Origin: Eledone cirrhosa
Lineage: Eukaryota
Assembly (NCBI GenBank): GCA_964016885.1
Contig: OZ024741.1
Span: forward strand, 275,280,001 to 275,344,000
Length of the DNA: 64,000 nucleotides
Direction of reading: 5' to 3'
Each line of letters begins with the position of its first letter. Position 1 is the stretch's first letter. The position numbers and the translations under genes were made by a program. The notes under the pieces were generated by a model, which saw only the letters and a program-made list of their open reading frames with translations, made no database searches and had not been told where the DNA came from. Shown in pieces: positions 1 through 13,284 of this stretch.

Positions 1-115
1 GTAAGGGTGAAAGGCAAAGTTAACTTCGGCAGGATATGAACTCAGGTCATAAAGGGCCGTAACTCTATGCTGCAAAGCATGGCGTCCAGCCCTCTCCCGA
101 TACTGCCATTCCGCT
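1..115 (-). mobile_element. SINE family A, partial copy
   Basis: Reverse complement of the 1542-1731 element (gaaaggcaaagttaac...gcaaagcatggcgtcc). Confidence 0.8.
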
Positions 116-232
116 GTAGTGTTGAAATAATAATTCCAAAAGATTACAAGAAGGAATGTTCTGTTTGTGGATAATGGCAGGAGAGAAAGAGAAATATTTA
201 GCATAATATGTTCTGGGTATATTACATAAAAT

Positions 233-421
233 AATTGTTTCTACTTTTGGCACAAGGCCAGCAATTACTCAGTACATTACTGGTACTTTATTTTATCGAC
301 CCCGTAAGGATGAAAGGCAAAGTTAACCTCGGCGGAATTTGAACTCAGAACGTAAAAGGACGTAACTCTATGCTGCAAAGCATGGCGTCCGACCTTCTAC
401 TGCTACTGCCAATCCACTGCC
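233..421 (-). mobile_element. SINE family A, full copy
   Basis: Reverse complement of the 1542-1731 element along its whole length. Confidence 0.85.
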
Positions 422-464
422 CACATGAATAAACATATTGTTATTTCCATACCTCGTTCCTACT

Positions 465-646
465 CGTGGATTGGCAGTGTCGGTAGAGGGTTGGACGCCA
501 TGCTTTGCAGCATAGAGTTACGTCCCTTTACGGTCTCAGTTCAGAGGTTAACTTTGCCTTTCATCCTTACGGGGGTTGATAAAATAAAGTACCAGTAATG
601 CACTGGGGTAATTGCTGGCCCTGTGTGTCAAATATAGAAACAATTA
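465..646 (+). mobile_element. SINE family A with internal deletion
   Basis: gtggattggcagtgtcggtagaggg...ctttgcctttcatccttacgggg...tagaaacaatt; the B-box region is partly deleted. Confidence 0.8.
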
Positions 647-840
647 TATGTATGGAAGGAAGAAGCTGTAGAGGAAGACCACGGAAATCATGGGTGGAGG
701 TGGTGAGAGCTGACCTCAGATCGCTGAAGCTCACAGAGGAAATGATGAAGGGCCGTGATGAGTGGAGTGATGCTGTGCTGAATAGGACTCGTCCCACTCT
801 TGCAAGCAAGGAAAAGTGGATGTAAAATGATGATGATGAT
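647..840 (+). mobile_element. RTE-like LINE 3' end fragment with (GAT)n tail
   Basis: EGRSCRGRPRKSWVEVVRADLRSLKLTEEM..GRDEW is the typical RTE ORF C-terminus (GRPRK.W...DR..W), followed by (tga)n. Confidence 0.8.
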
Positions 841-1166
841 ATATATATACACACATACACACATGCACACACACATACATGCACACACACACACACATAC
901 ACATATCTACACATACACACACACGCACACACACACATATCTACACATACACACATGCACACACACACACATACACACACATATCTACACATACACACAC
1001 ACACGCACACACACACACACATATATATATATACACACACATATCTACACACACACACATACACACACACACACATATATATACACACACATATCTACAC
1101 ATATCTACACATGCACACACATACACACACACACACATATATACACACACACACATATATACACAC

Positions 1167-1238
<72 letters not shown>

Positions 1239-1541
1239 GACATATATATATTTATATATCATTATCATCATCGTAGTCGTTTTAATGTCTGCTTTCCCTG
1301 TCTAACCAGGGTTAGACAGGTTTACATAGAGTTGGACCAGTCAGTACTGAAGCAGGGTTACTGATCTCCCAGACAAGCCAGGGATCTATTGTCTTACTTA
1401 TGTATGGTTGTGCACAGGGGAGGTTGTCATGTCTTTGACACAACTTAGAGTCCTCCCAAGCCTTTGTTTGGCAAGCTTTCTACAGCTGGATGCCCTTCCT
1501 ATCACCAACACTTTATATATATCATTATCATCTTTGTTTAA

Positions 1542-1731
1542 GAAGGCGGTGGATTAGCAGTATCGGTAGAGGGTCGGACGCCATGCTTTCCAGCATAGTT
1601 ACGTCCCTTTACGATCTGAGTTCAAATCCCGCCGAGGTTGACTTTGCCTTTCATCCTTACGGGGTCGATAAAATAAAGTACCAGTAATGTACTGGGTAAT
1701 TGCTGGCCATGTGCCAAAAGTAGAAACAATT
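1542..1731 (+). mobile_element. SINE family A (tRNA-type head), full length, 12-bp TSD
   Basis: Head ggcggtggattagcagtatcggtag, B-box-like gagttcaaatcccgcc, body gactttgcctttcatccttacggggtcgataaaataaagtaccag. Flanked by atctttgtttaa at 1530-1541 and 1732-1743. Confidence 0.88.
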
Positions 1732-2024
1732 ATCTTTGTTTAACGTCCATTTTTCCACGATGGTATAGATTAGACAAGTTACCCTGTTGTGAACAATGCT
1801 AGATCAGGTGACCATGTCTTGCTCATACAGAACAGATTTTTGCATGGTTTCCCTGGATGCCCTTCCTAGTGCCAACCTCATTTGCATTATATATATATAC
1901 ACACATATTATATAGAAATATATATAGGAGTCGATTGACTTTCGTCAAATCGGACCGAGGAAACAATGTTTCCGTTAGTCTTTCCAATTGCTAATACTAT
2001 CTATCGGTCGCAACTCCAGGTAGA

Positions 2025-2145
2025 AGGAGCAATGTGAAATAAAGTGTCTTGCTCAAGGACATAACTCATCGCCCGGTCCAGGAATCGAACCCAAACCTCA
2101 CAATTGCGAGACCAATTCTCTAACCATTTAGCCACACACCTTCAC
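2025..2145 (-). mobile_element. SINE family B 5' part
   Basis: Reverse complement reads gtgtggctaaatggttagag...ggttcgattcctggaccggg...ccttgagcaagacactttatttcacattgctcc, homologous to 28869-29000. Confidence 0.75.
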
Positions 2146-2147
<2 letters not shown>

Positions 2148-2222
<75 letters not shown>

Positions 2223-2259
2223 ATATATATATATATGTGTGTGTGTATATATATATATG

Positions 2260-2327
<68 letters not shown>

Positions 2328-2349
2328 TATGTGTGTATATATATATATG

Positions 2350-2400
<51 letters not shown>

Positions 2401-2413
2401 GTATATATATATG

Positions 2414-2460
<47 letters not shown>
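2148..2460. repeat. (TA)n/(TG)n microsatellite
   Basis: Directly visible. Confidence 0.97.
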
Positions 2461-2462
<2 letters not shown>

Positions 2463-2679
2463 GTATACAAACACCCACACATGCAATCAGTGAGACTGTG
2501 TTGACCTGTCTATTTGTGTATATATGAGTATACATATATTTATGTGTGTATATGTTTATATATGTGTGTGTGTAGTATGTTTATATGTATATATACTCTC
2601 TTTCTCTCTCCCACACACAATATATGTAAGTATGAGTTGATCTGCCTATGTGTATATATGAGTATTTATAAATGTATGT

Positions 2680-3110
2680 GTACAGGTAGAATATCCAGGT
2701 GTATGTGTGTGTGTGTAAGCAGGTAAAATATCCAGGTGTGTGTGTGTGTATGCAGGTAAAATATCCAGGCATGCAGCATGCGTACAGGTAAAATATCTAG
2801 GTGTGTGTTCAGGTAAAATATCCAGGTGTGTGTGTATACAGGTAAAATATCCAGGTGTATGTGTGCAGGTAAAATATCAAAGTGTGTGTACAGGTAAAAT
2901 ATTCAGGTGTGTGTCAGGGTGTTCAGGTAAAATATCCAGGTGTGTGTGTATGTTCAGGTAAAATATCCAGGTGTGTGTGTGCATGTAAAATATCCATGTG
3001 TGTGTTCAGGTAAAATATTCAGGTGTGTGTTCAGGTAAAATATCCAGGTGTGTGTGTGCATGTAAAATATCCAGGTGTGTGTGTGTGTTCAGGTAAAATA
3101 TCCAGGTATG
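2680..3110 (+). repeat. Minisatellite, unit caggtaaaatatccag(gt)n
   Basis: More than a dozen tandem units with a variable (TG)n spacer. Confidence 0.92.
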
Positions 3111-4048
3111 ACATGAAACAGCAACAACTAAACCAACAAATGATAACAATTCATGTCAAGTTAATGTATTAACTCTTTCCTCGCCATATATCTTATGAAA
3201 GACACTGCTTAGTCTTTCCAAATAGCTTGAAAATAATCAAGAATTTGAATGTAATTAGGAAAATAACTAAATTTCTCATTATAGAACTGGTTTTTGGAAC
3301 ATAACTTTACAAAGGTTCTTACATTAAATTACAATGGAAGGTCTTTAGATAACTATAAACAGTAATAAAATAAACAGCTTTGTGTTATAGGACCATGTAT
3401 GGATACATGTAAACGAAGCTGCATCATTTATATATATATATATACAGTATATATATATATATATATATCATCATCATCATCATCATTTTTCCATGTTAGC
3501 ATGGGTAAGACGAATTGCCTCATTTGAGGCAAATCAGATCAGGTGACCGTGTCTTGTTCATACAGAACTGTTTCTGGCTTGGTTTCTAGGGCTGGCACCC
3601 TTCTTAATGCCAAACACATTTACTGTGTTGACTGGGTGCTTTTTTTATTGTGACACCAAATATATATATATATATATATATAAATAAAGTATTTCCGTAG
3701 GAAAGGTAAAGGAAAAGAGAGTGCTCTATGTAGGCTACAGAGCTTTTTAGTTATGTAATAAACAACATAAGATAATTAATTCAGTTTCCATTAATTCATT
3801 TTTCAAGAATCCACTGGTAAATGAATTAATTATCTTATGTTGTTTATTACATAACTATATATATATATATATATATATAAATGGTATAAATGGCTTCTGC
3901 AGGACTAGAACTGTTTCATTCAGGAGAAATCAACATGGATGAAACAGCTCTAGTCCTATAGAAGCCATTTCTATATTAAATATTTATACTCTGCTATGTA
4001 TTGAGTACCTTATTTACTGTGGTTACACCCGATTGAACCCCAGATAAA

Positions 4049-4099
<51 letters not shown>

Positions 4100-4101
<2 letters not shown>

Positions 4102-5500
4102 TCATCATCATCATCATCGTCATCATCGTTTAACGTCCATCTTCCACGCTAGCATGGGTTTGGACGGGAATTTTCCCACTTGAGGCAAGATTGGTTGTCT
4201 TGCTCATATAGGACTGCCTGGCGGGTTTTCTACAGCTGGGTGCCCTTCCTAACATCAACCACGTTTACAGTGTGGACTGGGAGGTTTTTACCGTGTTACC
4301 TACACGGCCACATTACAGTGTGGACTGTGTGTTTTTTTGTTGTGACACCTACACGCCCTCATTTGTTTCGGACTGGATGCTGTGGTACCAACATAACTTT
4401 ACATTGGAAGGGGTGGTGTGGATGGGTGGGGGTAGTGGGGCCGGGGTGTATTTTTGTTAGAGGTGCCTACTGACTATAGGTTTCGCTTTGTACTTAGGCA
4501 AGGCGGGTCTTCTGTATTACTGTGTATCGCCAAAGATCTCGGTCCAGTGACATTGTCTTGGAGAGGTGTAAGTGTGTGAGGTCGTCCAAGGTTTTTCTAG
4601 GTCTGCCTATTCCGTGACTACCGTCTATTTTTATCGCCCTGCACTTTTTTATACAGCTGTCGTCTTTCATGCGCATCACGTGACCGTACCAACGTAGTCT
4701 TCTCTCGAGTAAACAACATCTGATCCCTCTTATTTCTAATTTCTCCCTTAGTTCGTTTATGCTTTGCCGTTCACGTATATTACTATTACCCATCCAGCGG
4801 AGCATGCAAGCTTCGTTCCTCTCCAGTCTGCGTATATCCTCTGCACACAATGCCCAGGTCTCACTGCCATGCAACATTGCTGTTCGTATGCAGGCATCAT
4901 ACAGCCTGCCTTTCATTTTTAGTGAGAACCCTTTAGCGGCCAATAGTGGTATAAGCTCTCTGAACTTTTTCCATCCCGTTCTGACTCTAGCTACTGTACT
5001 TTCAGAGCACCCTCCACCACTGCTGATTTTGTCACCCAGATAACGGAAGGTGTCCACTATTTCTATAGAACCATCTGTCCAATTGAATGAGCTAGTATTC
5101 TGTGTGCACTTGCTGCTACTTATTGCACCAGAGCACCGGCCACATATAAAATCTATATTCTTAGTTAGCTTACCTGTGATCCCACTACATCTTTTATGCA
5201 CCCATACTTTGCATTTGGGACATAAAATGGAGTTTCTACTTACTCCTTTCCTACACACTGAGCATGGCCATTTCCCAGATGGGACTGGTGCCCTATTTTC
5301 CGACAAACTAGAACTTTAGTCTTAGACAGGTTAATTTTAAGGCCTTTTGATTCTAGGCCATGCTTCCATATTTGGAATTTCTTCTCTAGTTCGGCCATTG
5401 ATTCAGATATGAGCATTAGATCATCTGTGTATAGGAGCTCCCATGGGCAGCCGGTCTTGAACTCCTCTGTTATAGCCTGAAGGGCAATAATAATAAACAT
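4100..5500 (-). mobile_element. 5'-truncated, frameshifted RTE-like LINE (RT C-half, Cys/His finger) followed by a 3' segment ending in (GAT)n
   Basis: ORFs 5240-5500 (PWELLYTDDL...GLKINLSKTKVL, RT motifs) and 4494-5306 (C..C...C..C..WVHKRC...C.RC; FRYLG; AMLHGSETW; RRLRWYGHVMR; GRPRKT). 4100-4330 ends cccatgctagcgtggaagatggacgttaaac(gat)n on the minus strand. Confidence 0.9.
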
Positions 5501-5719
5501 AATATATATATATATATATATATGTAGAAGTTTGCTCTTTCTTTCACCTATTCCAACGGCTTAATTTAAATGTATGGGATTTAAACCTCTCCGACACTAA
5601 TTTGCATAATAGACCAATAATAAAATTAGTAACCCCACTATCTGGGAGCTTCCAACAGACATGGTTGCATTCTTTTAAGGGTATGTCAATATTTGTTTAT
5701 AAAACTGATCTATATTATA

Positions 5720-5780
5720 TTTTATCTGATGAAAGCGCACCATAATTTGCTTTGGTGTCCTTGAAATATGTATAATAAAA
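5720..5780 (+). ncRNA. Minimal type I hammerhead ribozyme motif (PLE-type)
   Basis: Stem I ttttat/ataaaa; CTGATGA at 5726-5732; stem II aag..gcacca/tggtgt..ctt; GAA; stem III ATA-tg-TAT; cleavage triplet AUA. Confidence 0.72.
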
Positions 5781-6292
5781 TAAATATGATTTTATAAATA
5801 TAGTTTCCATTTGTTAATATATTGTATATATTATATATATACACACAGTTCAAGAGTAACCAATCTTAAAGAGAGAGATGGAGATAGGAGAGGAGAGATT
5901 GGTGAATTAGTTAGAAGCCAAAGCATAAAGGCATGTGCTCAATGTCCAATATGCAGTAGAAAGCAGCTAGGTGGCTGGGTTCATGCAGAAGTTAGATGCA
6001 CAAAGCTGGAAATATTCATTAGTTAAGCAAAACAAGACCACAAATTTCACAAGGAAAACATTATTAAAAGATTGTCAACATATTTTAGTTTGATGTAAAG
6101 AATGTAGAGAATAATAATAATAATATTAATAATAATAATGTCCGTTTACAATTGTTTCGCTACTCCATATAATATTGCTGGATCAAATGACTATATATCA
6201 TTATTGATTTGGTTCAGTTGAAAATAATTAACGATGGTTAAAGTTGAAAATAATTAACAATAGAAATTTGTGGTCTTGTTTTGCTTAACTAA

Positions 6293-6342
<50 letters not shown>

Positions 6343-6392
6343 AATAACAGGAGGCTGGACTGGTGTAATTCCTTGTGAACCAACAAGCCTAA

Positions 6393-6428
<36 letters not shown>

Positions 6429-6439
6429 GTGTGTGTATG

Positions 6440-6472
<33 letters not shown>

Positions 6473-6526
6473 GTGTGTGTATATATATATAACCCATGCT
6501 AGCGTGGAAGAACGGATGTAAAACGG

Positions 6527-6557
<31 letters not shown>

Positions 6558-7034
6558 ATATATATATATATAGATAGATAGATATAATTATATATATATA
6601 TAGAGAGAGGGAGAGATAAAAAAATAAAAGGGTTTAAAAAATATGTACTCCATCCCCCTGAAATTGGCAGTTATGACTGAGGATCAAACCAGCCAGTTTC
6701 ATCACAAAACTCATTTAAAGCTCATCAAAGATAATTTACCTCCCCTTCCAACTATGGAAGTTTAGAAGCTTACTGCTTCATATAGAAGGAATATCTCAGA
6801 CACATTATGCTAAACATAACGATATTTACATAATGGCACAGAAGGTTGACGACCGGGAATTATTAATGAGCTGGAAGGGGATTTCAGCAATCACTGATGA
6901 GTCTAAAAAAAAAGAAAACCATTTGATTTAATCCTCACATCAAGCTAGCAAAACCCCTGTGATTTTAACCACAGGGGTTTATTTTCATTGGGAGACTAAA
7001 TATATGTTTATTAAACATATGGTATATATGACTT

Positions 7035-7905
<871 letters not shown>

Positions 7906-8504
7906 AATTTTAGTACAGCATAAACGAAGCTTTAGTTTGCGGCCAAGCTAACAAATGCAAATTCGATATGTAGCTTTAGGACTTGATAGGGAATAGTATC
8001 CCAGAGTAATAACAATACATTTAGACAGCTTAGCAAATCATATATAACAATCGGCAGTCCAGCCGCATTACCACAGCAACGAAAATACAGGACTCAGGAA
8101 AAGATTTTAGACTGACCTGGACAGAACGGTGGGACTGAATGGAATATATAATGCATATCGTATAGCACACGATATATATCACATACAGCACACAATATCA
8201 GCGCTAGGTTTCTGCAAATCCAAGATCGACAAATTCCGCTTGCAGGGGTCTGCAAGTTAATGGTTTTTGGCGACAGAACAAAGGATTTACTTCTTCAGCA
8301 AGTCTTGTGTTCTTTAGCCTCTGCGGGTATGTTCTAGCAGTGAATTTTGCTATAGACACGTGGTTGTCTGCAAGGGTGGTAACCCTGCTTTGGCGGTGGA
8401 TTCAAATTTGAGACAAAGGAATGAAATTCCTTTAGACAAACCGAATTAAGCACTCAACCAGAAGTTATCAAACAAACATAAACAATTAATCAATCAATAG
8501 AATC

Positions 8505-8745
8505 ATATATATGTATGTAAAAGGTAAACAGAAATAACACAATCGGTACAGTATATGGAAGGGATATATTAGGTTAACGCTTGATATAGCAGGAAGAGGG
8601 TCTTACCGTTTCGGACGGTAGTCCTTCATCAGATGAAAGAATGAGAAATAAGATAGATTGACGGGACGGGCGGTTTGGAATTGGAAAAAAATGTCCTTAG
8701 ATGAAAATAACAGGTCCATTCATGTTGACATCTCTTGCAAAACTG
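8505..8745 (-). mobile_element. PLE pLTR-like remnant with hammerhead motif (8601-8636), inverted homolog of 11507-11740
   Basis: Reverse complement: tcaatctatcttatttctcattctttcatCTGATGAaggac-tacc-gtccGAAAcggtaagaccctcttcctgctatatcaagcgttaacc. Confidence 0.75.
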
Positions 8746-9258
8746 TTGGTGCTGGCGTTTTGTGTATGATTTGTTTTTTAGAAAAGTGGATGGTGGCGCG
8801 TGTCTACCTGAAATGGAAAAAAACATTTTATAAAAAGAGTTATACTTGAGCACGCGCGTAAGCATGTATTTGTGTGTGTGTGTGTGTGTGTTATTATAGG
8901 TCCGTACGAAACTAAGAAGAAATGTGTGTGTATATGTGAGTAAAAGAGTGTGTGTGCATAAAACAGTGGTGATGATGATGTATTCTATATGTATGTGTAT
9001 ATATATATATTTATGTTTATATATTTATGTGTATATATATATATATATATATATACACATAAATATATAAACTTTCAGTGTAGCTTGTCTCTAGTTCTAT
9101 GTTTTGATATGTCTCAGTGCACACTTATCTGTGTATGAATATATTTCAATCACTTTCTTATAATGATTAAGGTTCGTTTTTATTCTCTGAATTCTGTCTA
9201 GAGCTGATTATAGAGACAAGACATTGTATCATTCATGACTCCCTTTACTTTGAATGTA

Positions 9259-9310
<52 letters not shown>

Positions 9311-9312
<2 letters not shown>

Positions 9313-10752
9313 TATATGTAGGCAATTTGGTATTAGTAAGTGTGGAGTCCTTGTGATGAAGGGGGGGGGGGGTAAATTGAGCAGAAGCAACGGAATCCAG
9401 ATACCAACAGGTGAGATGATAAAGGAAATTGACACTGAAGAAGGATACAAGTATTTGGGTATTCTGGAGGCTGATGACACCAAGAACAAAAAAATGAAGG
9501 AATTGATAAGATCTGAATACATTCGGAGAGTAAGGAGCGTATTAAAGTCACATCTGAACAGTAGGAATGTCATAAGTTCAGTAAATTCCCGAGCTGTGTC
9601 TATTATTAGGTACAGTGCGGGAATTCTGAGATGGAATGTTGCTGAACAAAATGAAATGGATAGGAAGACTAGGAAGCTATTGACTATCTACAACATGTTC
9701 CACAAGAGGAGTGATGTCAATAGACTCTACTTAAGGAGATCTGAAGGTGGAAGAGGTCTTATCAGCATAGAGGACTGTGTTCAGATGGAGACAAAAAACC
9801 TACACAAATACGTGACTGATAGTAAGGAGCCAATGCTCAGAATTGTATTGAAGGAGAGGACAATAGACCAGGGGATGTCCAAGGAGGAAATAACAACGAG
9901 GAGAAAGAGCAGCCTTCATGAAAAATCCCTTCATAGTACCTTCTTTGAGAAAACTGAATTCAAAGATCCACAGACATGGAACTGGTTGAGAAGAGGAGAC
10001 CTTATAAAGGCTACAGAAGGAATGCTAATGGCTGTGCAAGAGCAGGCCCTCAAAACGAAGTGGCTGAAACACCATATTTACAAGGAGGAGGCTAGCCCAC
10101 TGTGCAGGATCTGTGGAGAGAGAGAGGAGACTGTGGCTCATGTTGTATCCGAGTGTAAACACCTAGCCCAGACTCACTATAAAGGCTGGAGACATGATGT
10201 GATGGGCAGGGTGATCCACTGGCACCTATGCAAAGTAAACAATTTACCACATTCTGAGAAGTGGTATGAGCATAAGCCAGAGGCGGTGATAGAAAACGAT
10301 CAGGTGAAGATGAAATAGGATTTTAGGATACAGGCGGATAAGAAATTAGAACACAATAGACCTGACCTGATGGTTTTGGACAAGGAAAAAAGATTGTGCC
10401 TGATTGTGGATGTGGCCTGCCCATTCGACACGAGAGTGCAAGAGAAGGAGAGGGAGAAAATTAACCGATACCAGGACTTAAAGTGGGAGGTAAAAAGGAT
10501 TTGGAACTGCCATGAAGTCAAAGTGGTCCCGATTGTCATAGGCGCACTAGGTACTATCCCAAAAGGTTTCCAGGGATGGTTCAAGAAAATTGGCCCCGCC
10601 CCACTTTTTGGAACACTTCAAAAGGCATGCTTGCTTGGAACAGCAAGAACACTCCGATACGCCCTGAATATCTGAGGCTGCAGGTAGTGGCTTGATATTC
10701 ATTTCAACAAACTTTCCAGTTAACTAACATCAATGACTGAGACTCAAAGAAC
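9311..10752 (+). mobile_element. 5'-truncated R4/Dong-like non-LTR retrotransposon (RT thumb, CCHC knuckle, restriction-like endonuclease), one premature stop
   Basis: YKYLGILE, GGRGLIS, CRICGEREETVAHVVSEC, RHD, then across a TAG at 10316-10318 in the same frame DFRIQADKKLEHNRPDLMVLDK...IVDVACPFD...EKINRYQDL...VPIVIGALG...LQKACLLGTA. Flanked by (TAA)n on both sides. Confidence 0.9.
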
Positions 10753-10776
10753 AATAATAAATATAATAATAATAAT

Positions 10777-10847
<71 letters not shown>

Positions 10848-10942
10848 AAATGCTGACAAATTTTTCACTGTGAACAATTTGTCAGCATTTTCTATTCCGT
10901 TTACCAATATATAATAACTTGTGTGTTACACCTCTATTCTTT

Positions 10943-10992
<50 letters not shown>

Positions 10993-11380
10993 GTATGCTT
11001 ATACACATTTTTTCTTCTAACTTTGATTTTGTACCTAATTGTGTATGGTTGACGATATATCTAATCAATTTCCACGTGCTATTAGAAATGCTGGGTAAAT
11101 ATTCTATGGCTGTTGATTGCGGATAGATAGCTATCGTTTATTTATCTATTGTTTCTTCATAGGTGCCTTTTAATCTTATAGCCCTCTTTATTTGTTTTTT
11201 TGTGTGGTTGATTTATACTGATTGGGAGAGAAAATAATGTATATATTTTATCAAATGATTCTATGGACATACTTTATTGTATATATATATAGGCACACAC
11301 ACATATACAAATGAATTTAAATTGATATACAAAATATCGACTCACTGCACCATTTCAGTAATTTTACTGACTCTTTACAT

Positions 11381-11418
11381 ATCTACTGATGAAGGACTAG
11401 TGTTCGAAATGTTAAATA
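11381..11418 (+). ncRNA. Degenerate hammerhead motif
   Basis: CTGATGA-a-ggac-tagt-gttc-GAAAtgtt; same stem II layout as 11611-11646. Confidence 0.55.
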
Positions 11419-11506
11419 ACTTTACCTTCAATATCAAGCATTATACTAATATATTTATTCATTTTACTGTGTTGTTTTCTTCGTTATTTCTGTTTAATTC
11501 TTGCAT

Positions 11507-11730
11507 TTTTGTAAGAGATGTCAATATGATTGGACCTGTTATTTTTATCTAAAGACATTTTTTCAATTCCAACCCACCTGTCCCCTCAATCTATCTTATT
11601 TCTCATTCTTTCTTCTGATGAAGGACCAGCGTCCGAAACGTTAAGACCCTCTTCCTGCTATATCAAGCGTTAACCTAATATATCCCTTCCATATACTGTA
11701 CCGATTGTGTTGTTATTTCTATTTACCTTT

Positions 11731-11740
<10 letters not shown>
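11507..11740 (+). mobile_element. PLE pLTR-like remnant ending in (TA)n
   Basis: Homologous in inverted orientation to 8505-8745; contains the hammerhead at 11611-11646. Confidence 0.72.
11611..11646 (+). ncRNA. Minimal type I hammerhead ribozyme motif with palindromic stem III
   Basis: tctt-CTGATGA-a-ggac-cagc-gtcc-GAA-ACGT-T-aaga: stem I tctt/aaga, stem II ggac/gtcc, loopless ACGT stem III. Confidence 0.8.
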
Positions 11741-11778
<38 letters not shown>

Positions 11779-11781
<3 letters not shown>

Positions 11782-12014
11782 TAAACAAAATTTTATACAC
11801 TTAACATATATGTGCTAGCAATGGTTTTGGGGTCCAGTTATGGCTACCACTGTATAATGGAGGTGGTACTTCTAAACTGGTCATACATTCAGGCTCATGG
11901 ACGAATGAGGGGCCAGTTTAAAAGTGTCTGCTCCATTATACAGTGATGGCCATGACTGGACCCTGAAACTATTGGTAGCACATATATGTTAAGTGTATGA
12001 AATTTTGTTTACAC
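11779..12014. mobile_element. ~236-bp imperfect fold-back palindrome in TA context (MITE or PLE fold-back)
   Basis: gtgtaaacaaaattttatacacttaacatatatgtgcta... pairs with ...tagcacatatatgttaagtgtatgaaattttgtttacac, and pairing continues to near the centre. Confidence 0.8.
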
Positions 12015-12629
12015 TATATAAGCTCTTTTCCAACAGATCAAGCACTGTTTTCCTTGATCTTTCATCCATCGATTTCTACCAATGTATATATATATATATA
12101 TATATATAGTAAAAAAAAATATATATATAGTAAAAAAAATATATATATATTGTAAAAAATATATATATATATAGTAAAAAATATATATATATATAGTAAA
12201 AAATTGAACGGGAACAAAACAGAGAGGCAGTACGAACAAAGGTTTATTAGTTTCACGCTCTTGAGAGTGGGGTGGTGGTGGTGGTGGTGGTGGCATAAGC
12301 CCTTCTTCAATATATAAAAGGCTTCTACAGGACTACAACTGTTTCATTTGGGAGAATTCATCAGGAAGCCCTGATTTCTCCCGAATGAAACAGTTCCAGT
12401 CCTGTAGAAGCCATTTCTGTATCAAATATTTATACTCTGCTATATATTGAGTAGCTTACTTACTGTGATTAGCCCCGATTAACATATACATATATATATG
12501 TTTATACCGGGTTTAATTGGGGTTAACCAGAGTAAGTAAGGTACTCAATACATAGCAGAGTATAAATATTTAATACTTATAATAAAATAAATATGGTTTT
12601 ATAAAGATATTTTCCATTTATGAAAATTA

Positions 12630-13100
12630 CTAGCAGAAAAACCACCCTTCGGGTGGTTTTCTGCTAGTATGTGTAGTGTGTATATTGATATTATACACAA
12701 ATATATATGCATGTAAATAAAATCGTAATTGACAATATACACAGAAATTGAACGAAGTCTATGTTACACTGTCTTCTGTAATCAGTAACGTAATCAGTAG
12801 CGTAATCCATTTTAAAAAAGACAATGTTATATATAAACTGCATTAGGAGAAAATTAGCGATGGAAATATATGCGATTATAAGTGTTATAATATAACGGTC
12901 ACTAACCGGAAGTGTTGACATTTGACAATTTTAAAGAAGTGAATCTTTAAATAAGCTATAAAATATATTTAATCAACAGCCACGAAATTATGTAATATTC
13001 ATTCATTATTTATTCAAAGTAATCCAACTTATTTTACAAACGGGGTAAAAAAATATATTCTGGATGCAGTCCCGTACTCCTTACTTTATTATAGTTAAGA
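12630..13100 (-). mobile_element. Non-autonomous Helitron, complete
   Basis: Minus strand: A|TCTTAACTATAATAAAG ... hairpin aaaaccaccc-gaa-gggtggtttt ... CTAG|T. 5' TC, 3' CTAG, A/T target, no TSD. Homologous to 15424-15888 and 47573-48317. Confidence 0.85.
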
Positions 13101-13284
13101 TTGATATTAATGATACTCCGGTAAAATCCGTTGAGTGCTTCTAATCTGTTGTAAAATTAACTTTGTTGAATAATCAACAAACTAAATAACTCATTGTTTA
13201 TATATATCCGTGTGTGTGTGTGTGTGTGTAGGAAGATGATGATGATATTCTGTTACTATGACAACTATCTTGCTCTATTTCCAG

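Noticed and set aside
2680-3110. CRISPR-like repeat-spacer appearance (also 19580-19840)
   Set aside because: The spacers are (TG)n or identical rather than unique, there are no cas genes, and the context is eukaryotic.
5811-6026. ORF with CAQCPIC as a possible exon or zinc finger
   Set aside because: No convincing splice sites or family motif; more likely a decayed repeat.
6890-6925. Additional hammerhead (ctgatgagtct-aaaaaaaa-agaaaacc); also a minus-strand tgaagaag...gaaac at about 12245-12310
   Set aside because: Core or stems are too degenerate to call.
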